From assembly GCF_009914755.1 (NCBI RefSeq), contig NC_060938.1: DNA of 64,000 nucleotides. One strand, 5' to 3'. This document shows positions 1-16,514 of the stretch, one piece after another. Position numbers and translations under genes: made by a program. The DNA is from the human T2T-CHM13v2.0 reference genome, Homo sapiens. The notes beneath the pieces are model-generated. The model was not told the DNA's origin and made no database searches. It saw nothing but the letters and a program-made list of their open reading frames with translations. Within the stretch, counting starts at the first letter, position 1; every line of letters starts with the position of its first letter.

Positions 1-226
1 GACGTCAGGAGTTCTCAAGACCAGCCTGGGCAACTTGGTAAAACCGCACTCTACTAAAAATGGAAAAATTAGCCGGGTGTCGTGGCACATGCCTGTAATC
101 CCAGCTACTCAGGAGGCTGAGGCAGGAGAACGGCTGGAACCCAGGAGGCAGAGGTTGCAGTGAATTGAGACTGTGCCACTGCACTCCAGCCTGAGCAACA
201 AAGCAGGACCCTGTCTAAAAAAGAAA
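1..226 (+). mobile_element. Alu (cut by window edge)
   Basis: Alu consensus with A tail. Confidence 0.95.
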
Positions 227-1204
227 CAGCACCCTGCCCCCACACCCAGTCAGTGCCCTTGTTCTACTTCCATGAATTGGGCCATAGGGGTTTGCTGGAG
301 CAGCGACTTCCTCTATGTCCAGGGAGCTCTGGAGCCATGGTCACCAAGCTCACTGCTGTCACTGTTCAACCTTTCCTCCATGTTCCAGAAAAGCAGGTGC
401 CCCTGGGCCTACCCTCAAACTCCCAGGGTACCCTTAAGGAGGCCACAGGGCACAGAGCCTGGCATCACTGTATTTTGAGGGATGTCAGCTCCCAGGCCTG
501 AGTTTGTGAGTAGCTCAGAAGTGAGATGCTGTGGGAGGGATAGTCCCAGGCTGGGAGTTGGAGACCCATCACTTAGAAGCTTGTGACCCTGGGCAAGTCA
601 CCTGACCTCTCCTGGCCCCCAGTTGCCTCCCCCATCAAGGGGATGTTAGCCAAGATGGAACATCAAAGATCTAGAGCTCTGTGGTTGTGCAATTCTAAGA
701 TCCTGCCCTACAGACTCCTCCAGAGCCTAAGTCCTGGAGGCAGCAGGTGATGTCCCAGAGGCATATCATGTGCCTTGTGTCACCTCCAGGACATGGCACA
801 GAGGGGTGTTACAGTGGATGCTTGTCAGCCCTGGCGTTTAGTTAGACATGTGTCCCCAGCACCATGCTGAACCACAGGCCTGGTCCTGAGCAAGCCTACC
901 CAGGCCCCTTCCCCTTCCCAGAGCCTCTTGTCAGTGAGCACTTGGGGCCCGGGGGGCTGGGCTGGGAGCCTGTTCCTGGAGCTTATTCCCCATGACAGCA
1001 TGGCAGCCCCCAGAGGGCCAAGCTGCACAGTGAAGATTCCCCAGAGCAGGACGCCCCCATCCCTCTCAATCCAGCACTCAGGAAGCACATTCTGTGCTCT
1101 GTCTGCAGCCTCTGCCCCCAGAAATAAAAAAAAGACAGGTTCTGCTTCAAGATGCTCACTCCAAACTAATGCAAAGCCTAGGTGGACTGGCGTAAGGGCT
1201 CTAG

Positions 1205-1640
<436 letters not shown>

Positions 1641-3229
1641 ACTTCTTCCAGGTGAATGATACCAGTTGCTTACCTGGGGGTCTCCTAGGGGCAGACTTTG
1701 GGACAAGATTCATATACAAGGGGTGATTCAGGACTTGCCCTCGAGGAGAAAGCAGGAGGGAGTAGGGAAGCAGGACTGGGAGTGGGAGAAGCCCAGTGAG
1801 GGTGCGACTGCAGGGTGACCCCAACCTCAGTCTGGTCCTGTCGGCAGCTCTGGAGCATAAAGTAAACCTGGGGCCACTCCTAGGCATGTGTGAGGCTCCA
1901 GCACCAGGACAATCCCTGATGGTCCCAAGGGCCAGCACTTAAGGCAAACCCCACTGAGGCTAGGGGACGGGTGTGTAGAGCTGGTAAAGCCATCAGGGTG
2001 GGTGGGGTGTCAGCAGTGATTCCGTGACTGGCTCCTGCTGATGGGGCATCTGTGTGGAGTGAGCCTTTGGGCTGCGACTGCCCACAGAGCTCCCTCTAAC
2101 CGCTACAGCAATAACAGCTTTAGGGAAGGTATTACCGCTTCAGTGATGCCAGCCCCCAGGGCTGTGCTGAGGATCAGACTCCCTGATCCTTGGAAGGGGT
2201 TTAGCAGAGCGCCTGGCATGAAGTAAGGGCTCAAAAAACGATCAAGCATGTTCTTATTGCTGTTATAGATAAAGAAACTGAGGCTGGGGGTGTGACCTGC
2301 CTTGGTGTCACAGCCAAGTTCTGAGCCAATTGGAACCCAAGTGTGTGTGACCCGCAAGCCCCAGCTGCTTCTGCCCAGGAGACTGACTACCAGGCCCGTG
2401 GCTGGGAGGATGCCCTGTGCTGCCCCCACTCCAGCCGCTCCCTCCACATATGGGAGACTTGTGGCTCTCTTTGTGGAAGAGTGATGTTGCGAGCCAGGCA
2501 AGGAAGGGCGGGAAGGGAACTTAAGGCAGAGGAGACAGCATGGGCAAACGCCTGGCAGTGGGAAAGCTATGGGCAGCCTCAGGAGTGGCTTCATGGGCAG
2601 AACCGCATAATGGGTGGGAGGTAAAAATGCTTGGAAAGCCTTGAACGCCGTGCCTAGGGATTGCAGGGACTTCCTTCCGCAGGTGCTGTGAGCCTGTTGC
2701 TGATATCAGACTGCTCTTCAGCGAGCAACCTGGCCATAGCAGGTGGTGGGATTGGAGGAAGGGGAGAGCAGAGACCAGCAAGGGGCTGCTGCAGCCATCC
2801 TGGCCCTATGCGGAGGTGACTGCCCCAGGCAATGGCTAGGGGAACCAGAGGGGTGAGGGCAGCCCCTGAGGGAGGGAGCAGGGGGAGACTGTGGAGATGC
2901 CGGGGTTTCCATCCTTGACGACAGGAAGACGAACATGCATGATGGTTTCCTGAGTATTTACTTGGTGCCAAGGTGCTGTGCTCAGCACCTTGCAAGGATC
3001 ATGGGGCCTGATCCCTGGCACAGCCCTGGGCACTGCAGTCATTAGCCTCAAGAAGTGGGCACCATTACCCAAAATGAGGAAGGAAGAGAAGAGCCTCTCA
3101 GGCCTGCCCCACCCTAGGATGTGCCCAGTGTTGTGACTAAGCCGCCACCCTCCTGTCCCAGAGGAGGAGATGGCAAGAGGAGGGGACGGCTGGCTGGGCA
3201 TCCTTGCCCTAGGAGAAATCTCGTCACTG

Positions 3230-3450
3230 TGCCTGGAAAGCTCTGATATATAGCCGGCCAGTCAGAAGCCGGCTGGTGGCCTGAGACAACTGCATCTGAA
3301 GTGGGGGCAGTCTTGGGGGACTGAAGCCTTAAGTCTGCAGAGTCTAACTCTACATCCAGGTAATTAGTGTCAGAATTGAGCTGAATTGTTGTATACCCAG
3401 TTGGTGTCTGGAGAATTGGAGAATTGATTGCTAGTGTTGGAAAACACTTC
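3230..3450. mobile_element. ERVL-type LTR fragment (MER21-like)
   Basis: gcatctgaagtgggggcagtcttg...gtgtcagaattgagctgaattg resembles MER21. Confidence 0.55.
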
Positions 3451-3582
3451 AGAGGGGGTTATCAAATCAGTTTAGTGGGTCATGACTTTTTTCTTTTTAA
3501 TGAAAAAGTAAACTGGACTAGAAACTATCAGAATCTCATGTAGCTGGAATAAGTCTCATTTTGCTAAACTTTTGTTTTAGTG

Positions 3583-3625
3583 GTGTGTGTGTGTGTGTGT
3601 GTGTGTGTTTGTATGTGTGTGTGCA
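3583..3625. repeat. (TG)n microsatellite
   Basis: Direct reading. Confidence 0.9.
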
Positions 3626-3796
3626 TGCACATATGCTGTGTCATGATGTCAAAAGTATTTCTCTCTGGTTACAGAGGTTTGGAAAGCACCAGCTAAAACA
3701 GAGACCTCCAGAGAGAGGTGCTGGCTCCCTGGGAAGTTCACAAGCTGACCCTCCAGAGTGTGGGGGAAATGTCAGAATATTTATTCTAAAAATCCC

Positions 3797-4105
<309 letters not shown>

Positions 4106-4310
4106 AGCTAAAAATCCAATTTTAAAAATTCCCATTGTTGTGAATGCTTTTTAGTGGATTTCATAGTTTATAAGGAAACACACACACATCAGGAAGGTTG
4201 CTTAATCTTAATATTTTTTTAATAGCCCTGACCTTGGGGGCCTGTGATTCTCACCGAAGGCTGCATGCACCAGGATCCCCTCAGGAGCTGTTTAAAAATG
4301 TGGATTCTCA

Positions 4311-4598
<288 letters not shown>

Positions 4599-5295
4599 GG
4601 TGGATTCTCAGCCTACCCCAGACCTGATGCTAGGGACTCTTGGTTGGAAACCTAGCAGTCTGCATTTCTAGCAGCTCCCTAGAGGATTCTGATCCAGGCA
4701 GTCTGCAGAGTATAAATGGGTATGGTGGCCCCAGTGGAGTCCCTCACAAGTGTCTAGTTCCCTTTGGTTTTTTGTTGTCAGTGAGTGTTCAGGCGGAGGC
4801 CCCACCACTCCAGCACCCTATCTGGAGGTTTTTCTTGGCATTTTCCAAGAACTAAGGACTCGGCATTTGGAGATGAATAAGCCGTGCATGGCAGCACCAG
4901 TTTCAGACCCCTGCCTTCCCCATCTTCACACCCTGCTAATGTTTACTGAGGCATGAAACTGATTTGCCCTCCAGACCCCAAACTGGGCAATTTGCCCAGG
5001 CTCCACCTTTGTCACAGAGCAGGAGGGCACCATGAGGACATAATGAAGCTGAGGTTGGAGGACTGGGGTGTTTACTGTCTTTTATTACGGAATTGGGAGG
5101 AACCAGTACAGGCTGCTCCATTAGCTTGGGACCATTTACTTCTCAGCCCATCATAGGCATTGATGGAGTGTAAATAGGAGCAAGCTGCGGAAAAGGGGAT
5201 CAGTTTGGTAAATTCTGTCATTTCTCCAAATATATCTACCTTGTGGCCCGGCAGACTCACATCTAGGAATGTATTCAATAGAAATACTAGCTTGA

Positions 5296-5704
<409 letters not shown>

Positions 5705-5903
5705 TTACAAGCCTGAACCCTCCATTCAGATGCAGGCATTGTCACTTACAAGCTGTGGGATGGGGCAAGCCATTTAGTCCCTCTGTGCCCCAGTCTTCGG
5801 AGCTGCGAGATGAGTGTAAGGAAAGTACCTGCTTTGTGGAGCTGGTAAGAGGATTTAAAGAGCTAATATACGTAAAGTGCTTAAAACTGCTCCTGGACAC
5901 TTA

Positions 5904-6413
<510 letters not shown>

Positions 6414-6493
6414 TTACTGTTCAGTAGAGAAAGCAAGCTGCAGAGCAATTGATGGAACATAATGCCATTTTCACTTTTAAAATACATGATGTG

Positions 6494-6620
6494 GGCCAGG
6501 CATGGTGGCTCATGCCTGTAATCCCAGCACTTTGGGAGAAGGAGGCAGGAGGATCACTTGAGGCTGGGAGTTCAAGACAGGCCTGGACAATTTAATGTGA
6601 CCCTGTCTCTTCAAAAAAAT
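6494..6620 (+). mobile_element. FLAM/Alu left monomer
   Basis: Single arm with A tail. Confidence 0.85.
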
Positions 6621-6730
6621 TAAAAATATATAAAAAATAGTAAAATAAATGGTGTGTGTGCGTGTGTGCTTGGGCACGCGTATGTGTACATTAAAGAAGG
6701 GCCAGCAAGTTTACTCTCCAGAGTGTAGAC

Positions 6731-7260
6731 CAGCAGTCCCCAACCTTTTTGGCACCAGGGACCACTTTCGTGGAAGACAATTTTTCCACGGGCCAGGGGT
6801 GGGGTGGGGATGGTTTCGGGATGATTCAAGCGCATTACGTTTATTGTGCACCTTATTTCTTTCACTATTACATTGAAATATATAATGAAATAATTATGCA
6901 ACTCACCATCATGTAGTACCAATGGGAGCCCTGAGCTTGTTTTCCTGCAACTAGATGGTCCCATCTGGGGGTGATGGGAGACAGTGACAGATCATCAGGC
7001 ATTAGAGTCTCAGAAGAAGCACAAAACCTAGACCCCTCACTCACATAGTTCACAGCAGGGTTCATGCTTCTATGAGAATGGAACGCTGCTGCTGATCTGA
7101 CAGGAGGCGGAGCTCAGGCTGTATGCGAGCGATGGGGAGCAGCTGTCAAGACAGATGAAGCTTTGCTCACTCGCCCGCTGCTCACCTCCTGCTGTGCAGC
7201 TCGGTTCCTGACAGGCCATGGCCTAATACCAGTTTGTAGCCCAGGGGTTGGGGACCCCTG
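6731..7260 (-). mobile_element. MER1A-like hAT-Charlie DNA transposon, full length
   Basis: Terminal inverted repeats CAGCAGTCCCCAACC...GGTTGGGGACCCCTG; 8-bp TSD GTGTAGAC/GGGTAGAC; 530 bp. Confidence 0.85.
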
Positions 7261-9524
7261 GGGTAGACAGCAGGACCCTCTGGAGAAGGGAGGACCTGCA
7301 CATTTTAAGCACTTTTGTATTGTATGACTTTGGCTACAGTAAATCTGTTTCTTTTCTAATTAAAAAAAATCCAACATTTTAACAAATGTTGTCAATAGCA
7401 CTTAGATCACAGGATTGCTTCAAGGGTTAAGTGGGATAACAGGGAAAGCTCTTGGTGAGTGACTGATAAAGCTTAACAAGTGATAGCTCCTTTTCCTTAA
7501 AAAAAATGTAGTAAGTGGTTTGTGATACTGATTGAAAGTTTTGCCTTGTAGAGAATCAAATTTTATATTGGTATAGATTTTTAAATGTTTCAGTGTTTCT
7601 GTCAGAAACTTACTACTGGCTGGGGGTCTTGGGTGAGTCCCTTAACCTCCCTGAGCCTCTGTGTCCTCTGTAAAACAGAGGTACTGATGCCTGCCCTCAA
7701 GGTGCCTGTGATTTAGTAAGAATATCACTTAAAGCCTCCAAAACACCTAGCCCCACACCTGACACATAGTAGATGCTCAGCAAACACCCACGTCCTGTGT
7801 GTGCTTTCCTCTGGACGGAAGAGGTGCAGTGGTGAATTGGATGGGATGTGGAGAAGCAGAGACGCATGAGACCCTTGCACCCCAGGTCATGGAGGAAGAA
7901 GAGTCCATGGTGTGGCCTCGAAGGATGTATAGAATCTAAGTAGATGTAGGTGCTGGGGATGAGGGGCTATTCCCTCTATGCGTAAACTCAGAGGTGGGAA
8001 ATGAGTGGGGCACACCCACTAGAGGAAGATAAGCGTGATCATTTGGGAGCCAGCAGGAGTCCCCCGAGTGTGGGGAAGGGACTGTGGAGGGCGGATGTTG
8101 GGGGGGCAAGCCGGAAAGGCAGAGCAAGGCCAGACCAGGGGAGGCCCTGGATGCTGGGGTTCGAGTCTGGGGTGTGACTGCAGCTGCAACTGCAGCAGAC
8201 TGAGTAAAGTGACAAGGTGGCAGGAGGCTGTCCTGGCAGTCAGGGGGTGGGCACAGATGAGCTGAGCAGCCTCTGCTGGCTATTGTGATACACACGGCGA
8301 CGGAGGAACCATTGGAAACCCCACTGACAGGCCACCACGTAACTGAAGTAAACTGAGGCAACTTGGGATGAATGTTGCCACCCTTCAAAATTAGAGCTGG
8401 GGTTAGTGGTGGTGGGGCAGGGCCTGAGATGGGAGTGCAGCACTGAGGGCCCATCCAGTCCGGCCATCAGAAGACCTCAGGATGCAGCAGAATCACACAA
8501 CAATGACAGAAGATGCCAACGTCAGCTGGCCGGTCCCCAGACCATTTGACAGTGGAGAAGCCCAAGGCCACTCCCGAGACCTGAGAAACGGCCCAGAACC
8601 TGTGCCACAGCCTGCCCTGTCCAACTCTTCCATAAACACAAGTGTCCCAGCTCCATCGAAGCACTTCCCAAGGGGCCATGGGGGCACCTGGGAGGCCACA
8701 GAAGCCAACATCGCTGAACAGAGGTTCCCTGGCAGGGGCCAGCCCCATCCCAGGCGGTCTCTGCTCTGCTATGCCTCCAGTTCAGCTCCTGAGTTTGGCA
8801 GGGTCCATTCAGCAAATAGCCTTGGAGCCTCGTGGTGAGTGCTAAGCACTGCGGGGCTTTGGAGACCTGGAAGGCAGCCCAGACCCGTTCCAGGAGCACC
8901 CAGGGCTCCCAGCCTCATGTCACCAGGAAGATGAGGTGCAGACAGCAAAGCCATGAAGACCCCAGGGAGGAGGTAGCTCTGGCCGAGGCCATGGTGAGAG
9001 GCTCAGCAGATGATGGATGATGGGATTTCAGTGACTGGCATCAGGATTTGGGGAGAAGGTGGACGAAGTGTGAGCAAGGGAGGGTAGAACAGGTTGTGAA
9101 GAAAATAGTGGTGGCTGCCAGGTCTTGATAACCACTGCTGGGCACCCTCTCATCCATTCCTGTCTTCACAGAGGAGGAAATGGCTTCAGAGAACAGGGCA
9201 GGTGGGATAATGAGGAAGGAGCGGGAGACATGGCTGGAAAGGGGGTCCCCAGGCCTTAAACACTAGGAAGAAACACAGAATCGGGACCACCCATCCTGGG
9301 GCCCTGGCAGTGCCACATTCCCCTTCCTGAGCGTGTGAAACAGCCCTAGGCCAAAAGTCAGGAGCCCTGGCCTCAGCACACAGTGTCTTCAACTACCATG
9401 TGGGCTGGCCACCCCTTTTCCTTTCCGGGCCCCTGTTTCCCCATTAGTCCGAACTCCTTCTGGGAGATCTCTGGAGGGAACCCTGAACAGTTGCCTGTTG
9501 TGACCAAAGTCATCAGATGGACCT

Positions 9525-10640
9525 GCCTGACTGTGCGTTTGCTGGGAGATGCCTGACTGTGTGCTCGTCAGAGGCTGCCTGACTGTGCGTTTGCTGGGAG
9601 ATGCCTGACTGTGTGCTCGTCAGAGGCTGCCTGACTGTGCGTTTGCTGGGAGATGCCTGACTGTGTGCTCGTCAGAGGCTGCCTGACTGTGCGTTCGTCG
9701 GGGGCTGCCTGACTGTGCGTTTGCTGGGAGATGCCTGACTGTGTGTTCGTCGGGGGCTGCCTGACTGTGCGTTTGCTGGGAGATGCCTGACTGTGTGTTC
9801 GTCGAGGGCTGCCTGACTGTGTGTTCGTCGGGGGCTGCCTGACTGCGTTTGCTGGGAGATGCCTGACTGTGTGTTCGTCGAGGGCTGCCTGACTGCGTTT
9901 GCTGGGAGATGCCTGACTGTGTGTTCATCGGGGGCTGCCTGTGTGTTTGCTGGGAGATGCCTGACTGTGTGTTCATCGGGGGCTGCCTGACTGTGCGTTT
10001 GCTGGGAGATGCCTGACTGTGTGTTCGTCGGGGGCTGCCTGACTGTGTGTTTGCTGGGAGATGCCTGACTGTGTGTTCATCGGGGGCTGCCTGTGTGTTT
10101 GCTGGGAGATGCCTGACTGTGTGTTCATCGGGGGCTGCCTGACTGTGCGTTTGCTGGGAGATGCCTGACTGTGTGTTCATCGGGGGCTGCCTGACTGTGC
10201 GTTTGCTGGGAGATGCCTGACTGTGTGTTCATCGGGGGCTGCCTGACTGTGCGTTTGCTGGGAGATGCCTGACTGTGTGTTCATCGGGGGCTGCCTGACT
10301 GTGTGTTTGCTGGGAGATGCTTGACTGTGTGTTCATCGGGGGCTGCCTGACTGTGCGTTTGCTGGGAGATGCCTGACTGTGTGTTCGTCAGGGGCTGCCT
10401 GACTGCGTTTGCTGGGAGATGCCTGACTGTGTGCTCGTCAGGGGCTGCCTGACTGTGCGTTTGCTGGGAGATGCCTGACTGTGTGCTCGTCAGAGGCTGC
10501 CTGACTGTGCGTTTGCTGGGAGATGCCTGACTGTGTGTTCATCGGGGGCTGCCTGACTGCATTTGCTGGGAGATGCCTGACTGTGTGTTCGTCGGGGGCT
10601 GCCTGACTGCATTTGCTGGGAGATGCCTGACTGTGTGCTC
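9525..10640. repeat. Minisatellite/VNTR, ~52-bp unit made of two related 26-mers, about 21-22 copies
   Basis: GCCTGACTGTGCGTTTGCTGGGAGAT + GCCTGACTGTGTGTTC(G/A)TCGGGGGCT repeated with few variants. Confidence 0.97.
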
Positions 10641-11012
10641 ACTGCACATCTCAGTGTGCACCAGCAAGGGTCAGAGGGCAGGGAGGGGTGGGCCACTCAC
10701 TTTACCCTAAAGAATGCCTTTAGAGGAGCTGGCCTGGGCTCAGCAGTCCAGGAAAACCAAGGAGAAGCAGTGACCCCGCCCCGCCACTCCTGAGTAGGAT
10801 CTCCACCTCTCTGGGTCCCTGGTGCTGGCTCAGGACCTAGAGTTGACTTGATGCTCCTTCTGCCTCAGAGTCTGCCCCTCAGCTCCAGGGAAGCTTCCAG
10901 GCTGTATGGAGACCCTGGCAGCCAGCAGAGATTGCCAGGGCTCTTCCTTTGTGGAGGCTGGGAATGGACACGGTGGACCCAGACATGACTTCTGCCCCTC
11001 GTGTCTTCACAG

Positions 11013-11104
11013 AGACTTACTGCCCTTCACACTGCGGCTACCCCAGGCCATCCTTGAGGCCAGCAGCTTCACGGACCTTGAGACCATCGCCAACCTGGGT
11101 CTGG
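11013..11104 (+). CDS. RIN3: RIN3 internal coding exon (exon 5 by recalled numbering), end of SH2 region: (R)DLLPFTLRLPQAILEASSFTDLETIANLGL(G)
   Basis: Acceptor tcttcacag|A, donor CTGG|gtgagt; 92 nt; joins in frame to the next exon (G|GT); peptide recognised as RIN3. Confidence 0.95.
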
Positions 11105-11859
11105 GTGAGTCTTCTCCGAGGGGTTAGGGGAGCTGGTGGGGCGTTAGGAACTGGGGCCCTAGGACTGCCCCAGGGGCCGCCTGTGCAGAGGGACAGCCTG
11201 AGTCCCAGCTCCCATGGGACCACCCACACCCCTGCCTCAGGCTGCTGAGCCACGTGATAGAGAGATTGTCCAGTTTCTAAAGAGTCGCCTCTATCAGCTG
11301 CCCAGGACGCCCTGAGGCCCAGCCACGTTTGGTCTAAGGGAGCAGGGCCTGGTCAGGACCAGAGAGGCTGGTGTGGTCCTGGGAGAAGCCGAGCTTTACC
11401 CCAGGGCCCTTCTGAGTGGGAGCCAGAGAGCTGGGCCTGGCAGCCACCACAGCCCTGGCCCCTCATCGGATGGAAAAGCAGCATGAATGTGACCATGAAC
11501 TTGAGTGTGGCCCTTGCGGGTCCTGTCCTGTGCCCAAACAACTGACCCTAAGCACACCCTACCCCACCCTTCCGAGTTCCTGAGGGGTAAAGAGGGGAGA
11601 GGAAAAGAAGAAGGGGAGGGAGGGCAGGGTGTGTCTGACCCCAGCACTTTCACATAATTATAGAAAGAACTCACGTTTAGTGGGCTCTTCCCATGTATGG
11701 GCGATGCCAAGTGCCCTACAAGGAGGCAATCAGCAGGTGCCTACCTAGAATTAGGGCCTCACCTTGCTGGCCCTCAGGAAGCCCAAGCATGCCAAGTCTG
11801 TAGCTGCTGAGAGGCCAGGCCACCTGCCTCTTTCAGTGTGCGTTGGGAGTAGAGAATTT

Positions 11860-12172
<313 letters not shown>

Positions 12173-12640
12173 TGAGAATTTCTTACAGGGAAAGGGAGAG
12201 TGTTTCACGCAGCTGCTCAGGAGCCGCTGTAGGCCCCAGAGCCTCATAACCTGGGGCCGCCAGGTCACATTTATGAACAAAGCAGTTCATCAACAAGTCT
12301 TTAGTAAAACTCAGCCATACATAGGACACTGTGCTCCATGGGGCTGAGCACAGTGCCCAGAACATTGGTGCCTTGTTCACCAGTGTTGATGGAATGGAAG
12401 AAACAGTGACCCAGAGGGCAGAACCAGATCACAGAGGAAGTGAGGGGCAGACCTGGGATCAAAGAAGACACCCCTTGGTTCCCAAGCCAGGCCACTGTTC
12501 ACCACTCAGAGGGGCCCATCAGGGGCAGCAATGCAAGAGACACCACCAGGCAGCCATGGTCAGGGGCCAGGAAGTAGGAGGAGTTCTGGTCCTTGGGTGT
12601 TAGCGCTCCATGAGCACTGACTGCGTTCTAACCTCTTTAG

Positions 12641-13126
<486 letters not shown>

Positions 13127-13407
13127 GCCTCTTAGCTCTTTATCCAAATTCTTCTAGGTCTAATTTACCCAGTTATAACCCTAAGGGCAAGTTTTCAGTT
13201 GCTTTTGGGAATCAACTTGCTATTAAACTTTGCTTCCCAGAATGTTAGTTGTTGGGCTCCAACCCTCCCAGGATCTTGGATGTGGGACAGGTGACAGTTT
13301 TGTAATTTGCACTTTTGTAAGGTGCAGATGACCTCCCCCTAGGGGTTCGATGACACCGACCATTGCAGAGCACTTGGCATTGTCTTATGTCATTTTTGTG
13401 CATTTTA

Positions 13408-13716
<309 letters not shown>

Positions 13717-15184
13717 TTAGAAGATCAAGTTTTAGCTCCGCTGGGAACCTTGTGTAAAGTGCCCCAGACAAGATTTGCACCAAAGGCTTTCTGTCCTCAG
13801 CGGTTCTTGAGCAGCTATGTGAAACATGCTCTCCTTTTCCCTGAAGAAATCCTCAGGGCTGGGCCTGGTGGCTCACACCTGTAAAGTGCCCCAGACAAGA
13901 TTTGCACTGAGGGCTTTCTGCCTCTGAGGACAGCCTTTCTACTGCTCCTCAGCTGCACCTCCCCACCTTCTCTGTTGTTTTTGCAACGAGCAGTCAATGG
14001 CCAGTTTGCAGGCCATGTTGGTAGAGTAAGTGAGATGCATGGCCTCAGTCTATGACACATTGCTGCACCTCTTGACCCCGCTATGGGGTTTAGTCATCCC
14101 TAGGACTAACTGCCGGGAGACTCCCTACAGATTCCTCTCACCTGCAAGAGCACAGCTTCTCCTAAGACCTAGGAACATGCTTTTTTTTTTTTTTTAAAGG
14201 CGATGTTCCTCCTGGAAGAACTGCATTCCTTTCTGGCACAGACAAGACCTTCTCTCCTGGGAGAGTTTGATCTCAGGCACGAGGAGGAAGTGGAGAAGGG
14301 AGGTTTCCATTTGGGAAGCCAACAGCAGTTCAGATTCATCTATCAGCACTTACTTCCTAGAGAACAGGATTTAAATGGAAGCTGAGTGTGTTGCAGCTTA
14401 GGAGCTGAAGGGATCTGTGCAGACCTGGTGTCCCCGAGTGCTGAAAGACATAAAGCCAGGCTCACCACAATCATTTTCCCCTGGAGCCAAGGAAAGGTTC
14501 ACTTTACAGTCATCTGAATGGCTGGAGACCCAGGGCGCAAGGAGCACATCCTATCAAAGGCCAGAGACCTTGGCCCTGGCATGGGCAGGCTTGGGCTCTG
14601 CCAACCTTCATGTGAAATAGTGATAATAAATATGGAAAGAGCAGCGTTTGTCAAGGGCCCTGACACACCAGGCATTGTGCCTGGCATGTCACACATTGTT
14701 CTAGGAAGGGACTTTGGTGGCAAAGAAGTGAAACTCACTCAAACTAGCATCAAAAAGAGACTTAGAGAAAGGACGCCAGGGACCCTCTGAGAAATGGAGA
14801 CGGAGGGTTAGCTGGGCTTTGTGGGCCATTGCAGCTGCTCGGTCACACGTGCCAGCCCCTTGCTCCCTGCACATGGCCTCCTTGCTGACTCAGGTTCCTA
14901 CTCCCCTGCTCCCCCGACTAGCGGGGCTCTGACTCAGCTCGCAGCCCCACCTGACCACTGTTCTTCATTCAGATTGTCCAAGGAGAACCAGATGATCCCT
15001 GGCCAGCCTAGTGATGAGGCCCTGTGAGCCAGGGGTTACCTTGTATAGTCAGCATTTCAGGGAAGACCAAAAGGACAATGGGAGGCAAATTCATTGCCAC
15101 ATGCCCACACATACATTATCTCATTTATTTATGTAAAAGCCCGTTTTACAGATAAGGAAATGGAAAGTTAAAGAGTCTAAAGGG

Positions 15185-15860
<676 letters not shown>

Positions 15861-16204
15861 CAGAGAGAGAAAGAGAGATCGACTAAAGGGCTTTCCTCAT
15901 TTTGGGATGTAAACAAAAGCTGAATTCATACTCAGGGCTTGCTGAGTTTGAACCCCGTGCTCTGCCTGCGCTATGCCCTGATTCTCAGCCTTGCTCACCA
16001 CTTCCCGCCCCTCGGCCCTTTCCTCCGCTTGCCGTGCCTGCAGTGGAAAACAGCATGGCGCCCTTTTGCCAAGGAAGCCTGGATTTGGCATTGGGATAGG
16101 CAGGGTAGTGGGCCCCACCCTCTGCACCATGCCCTCCACATGCCCGCCATGTGCTGCTTTTTCTTATGACACTTTTTCATCTTATAATAAAAGTCAAGCA
16201 TGTT

Positions 16205-16514
<310 letters not shown>

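Noticed and set aside
9525-10640. CRISPR-like array or repeat protein (186-aa minus-strand ORF)
   Set aside because: No unique spacers, eukaryotic intron, and a 52-bp period that rotates the frame; it is a minisatellite
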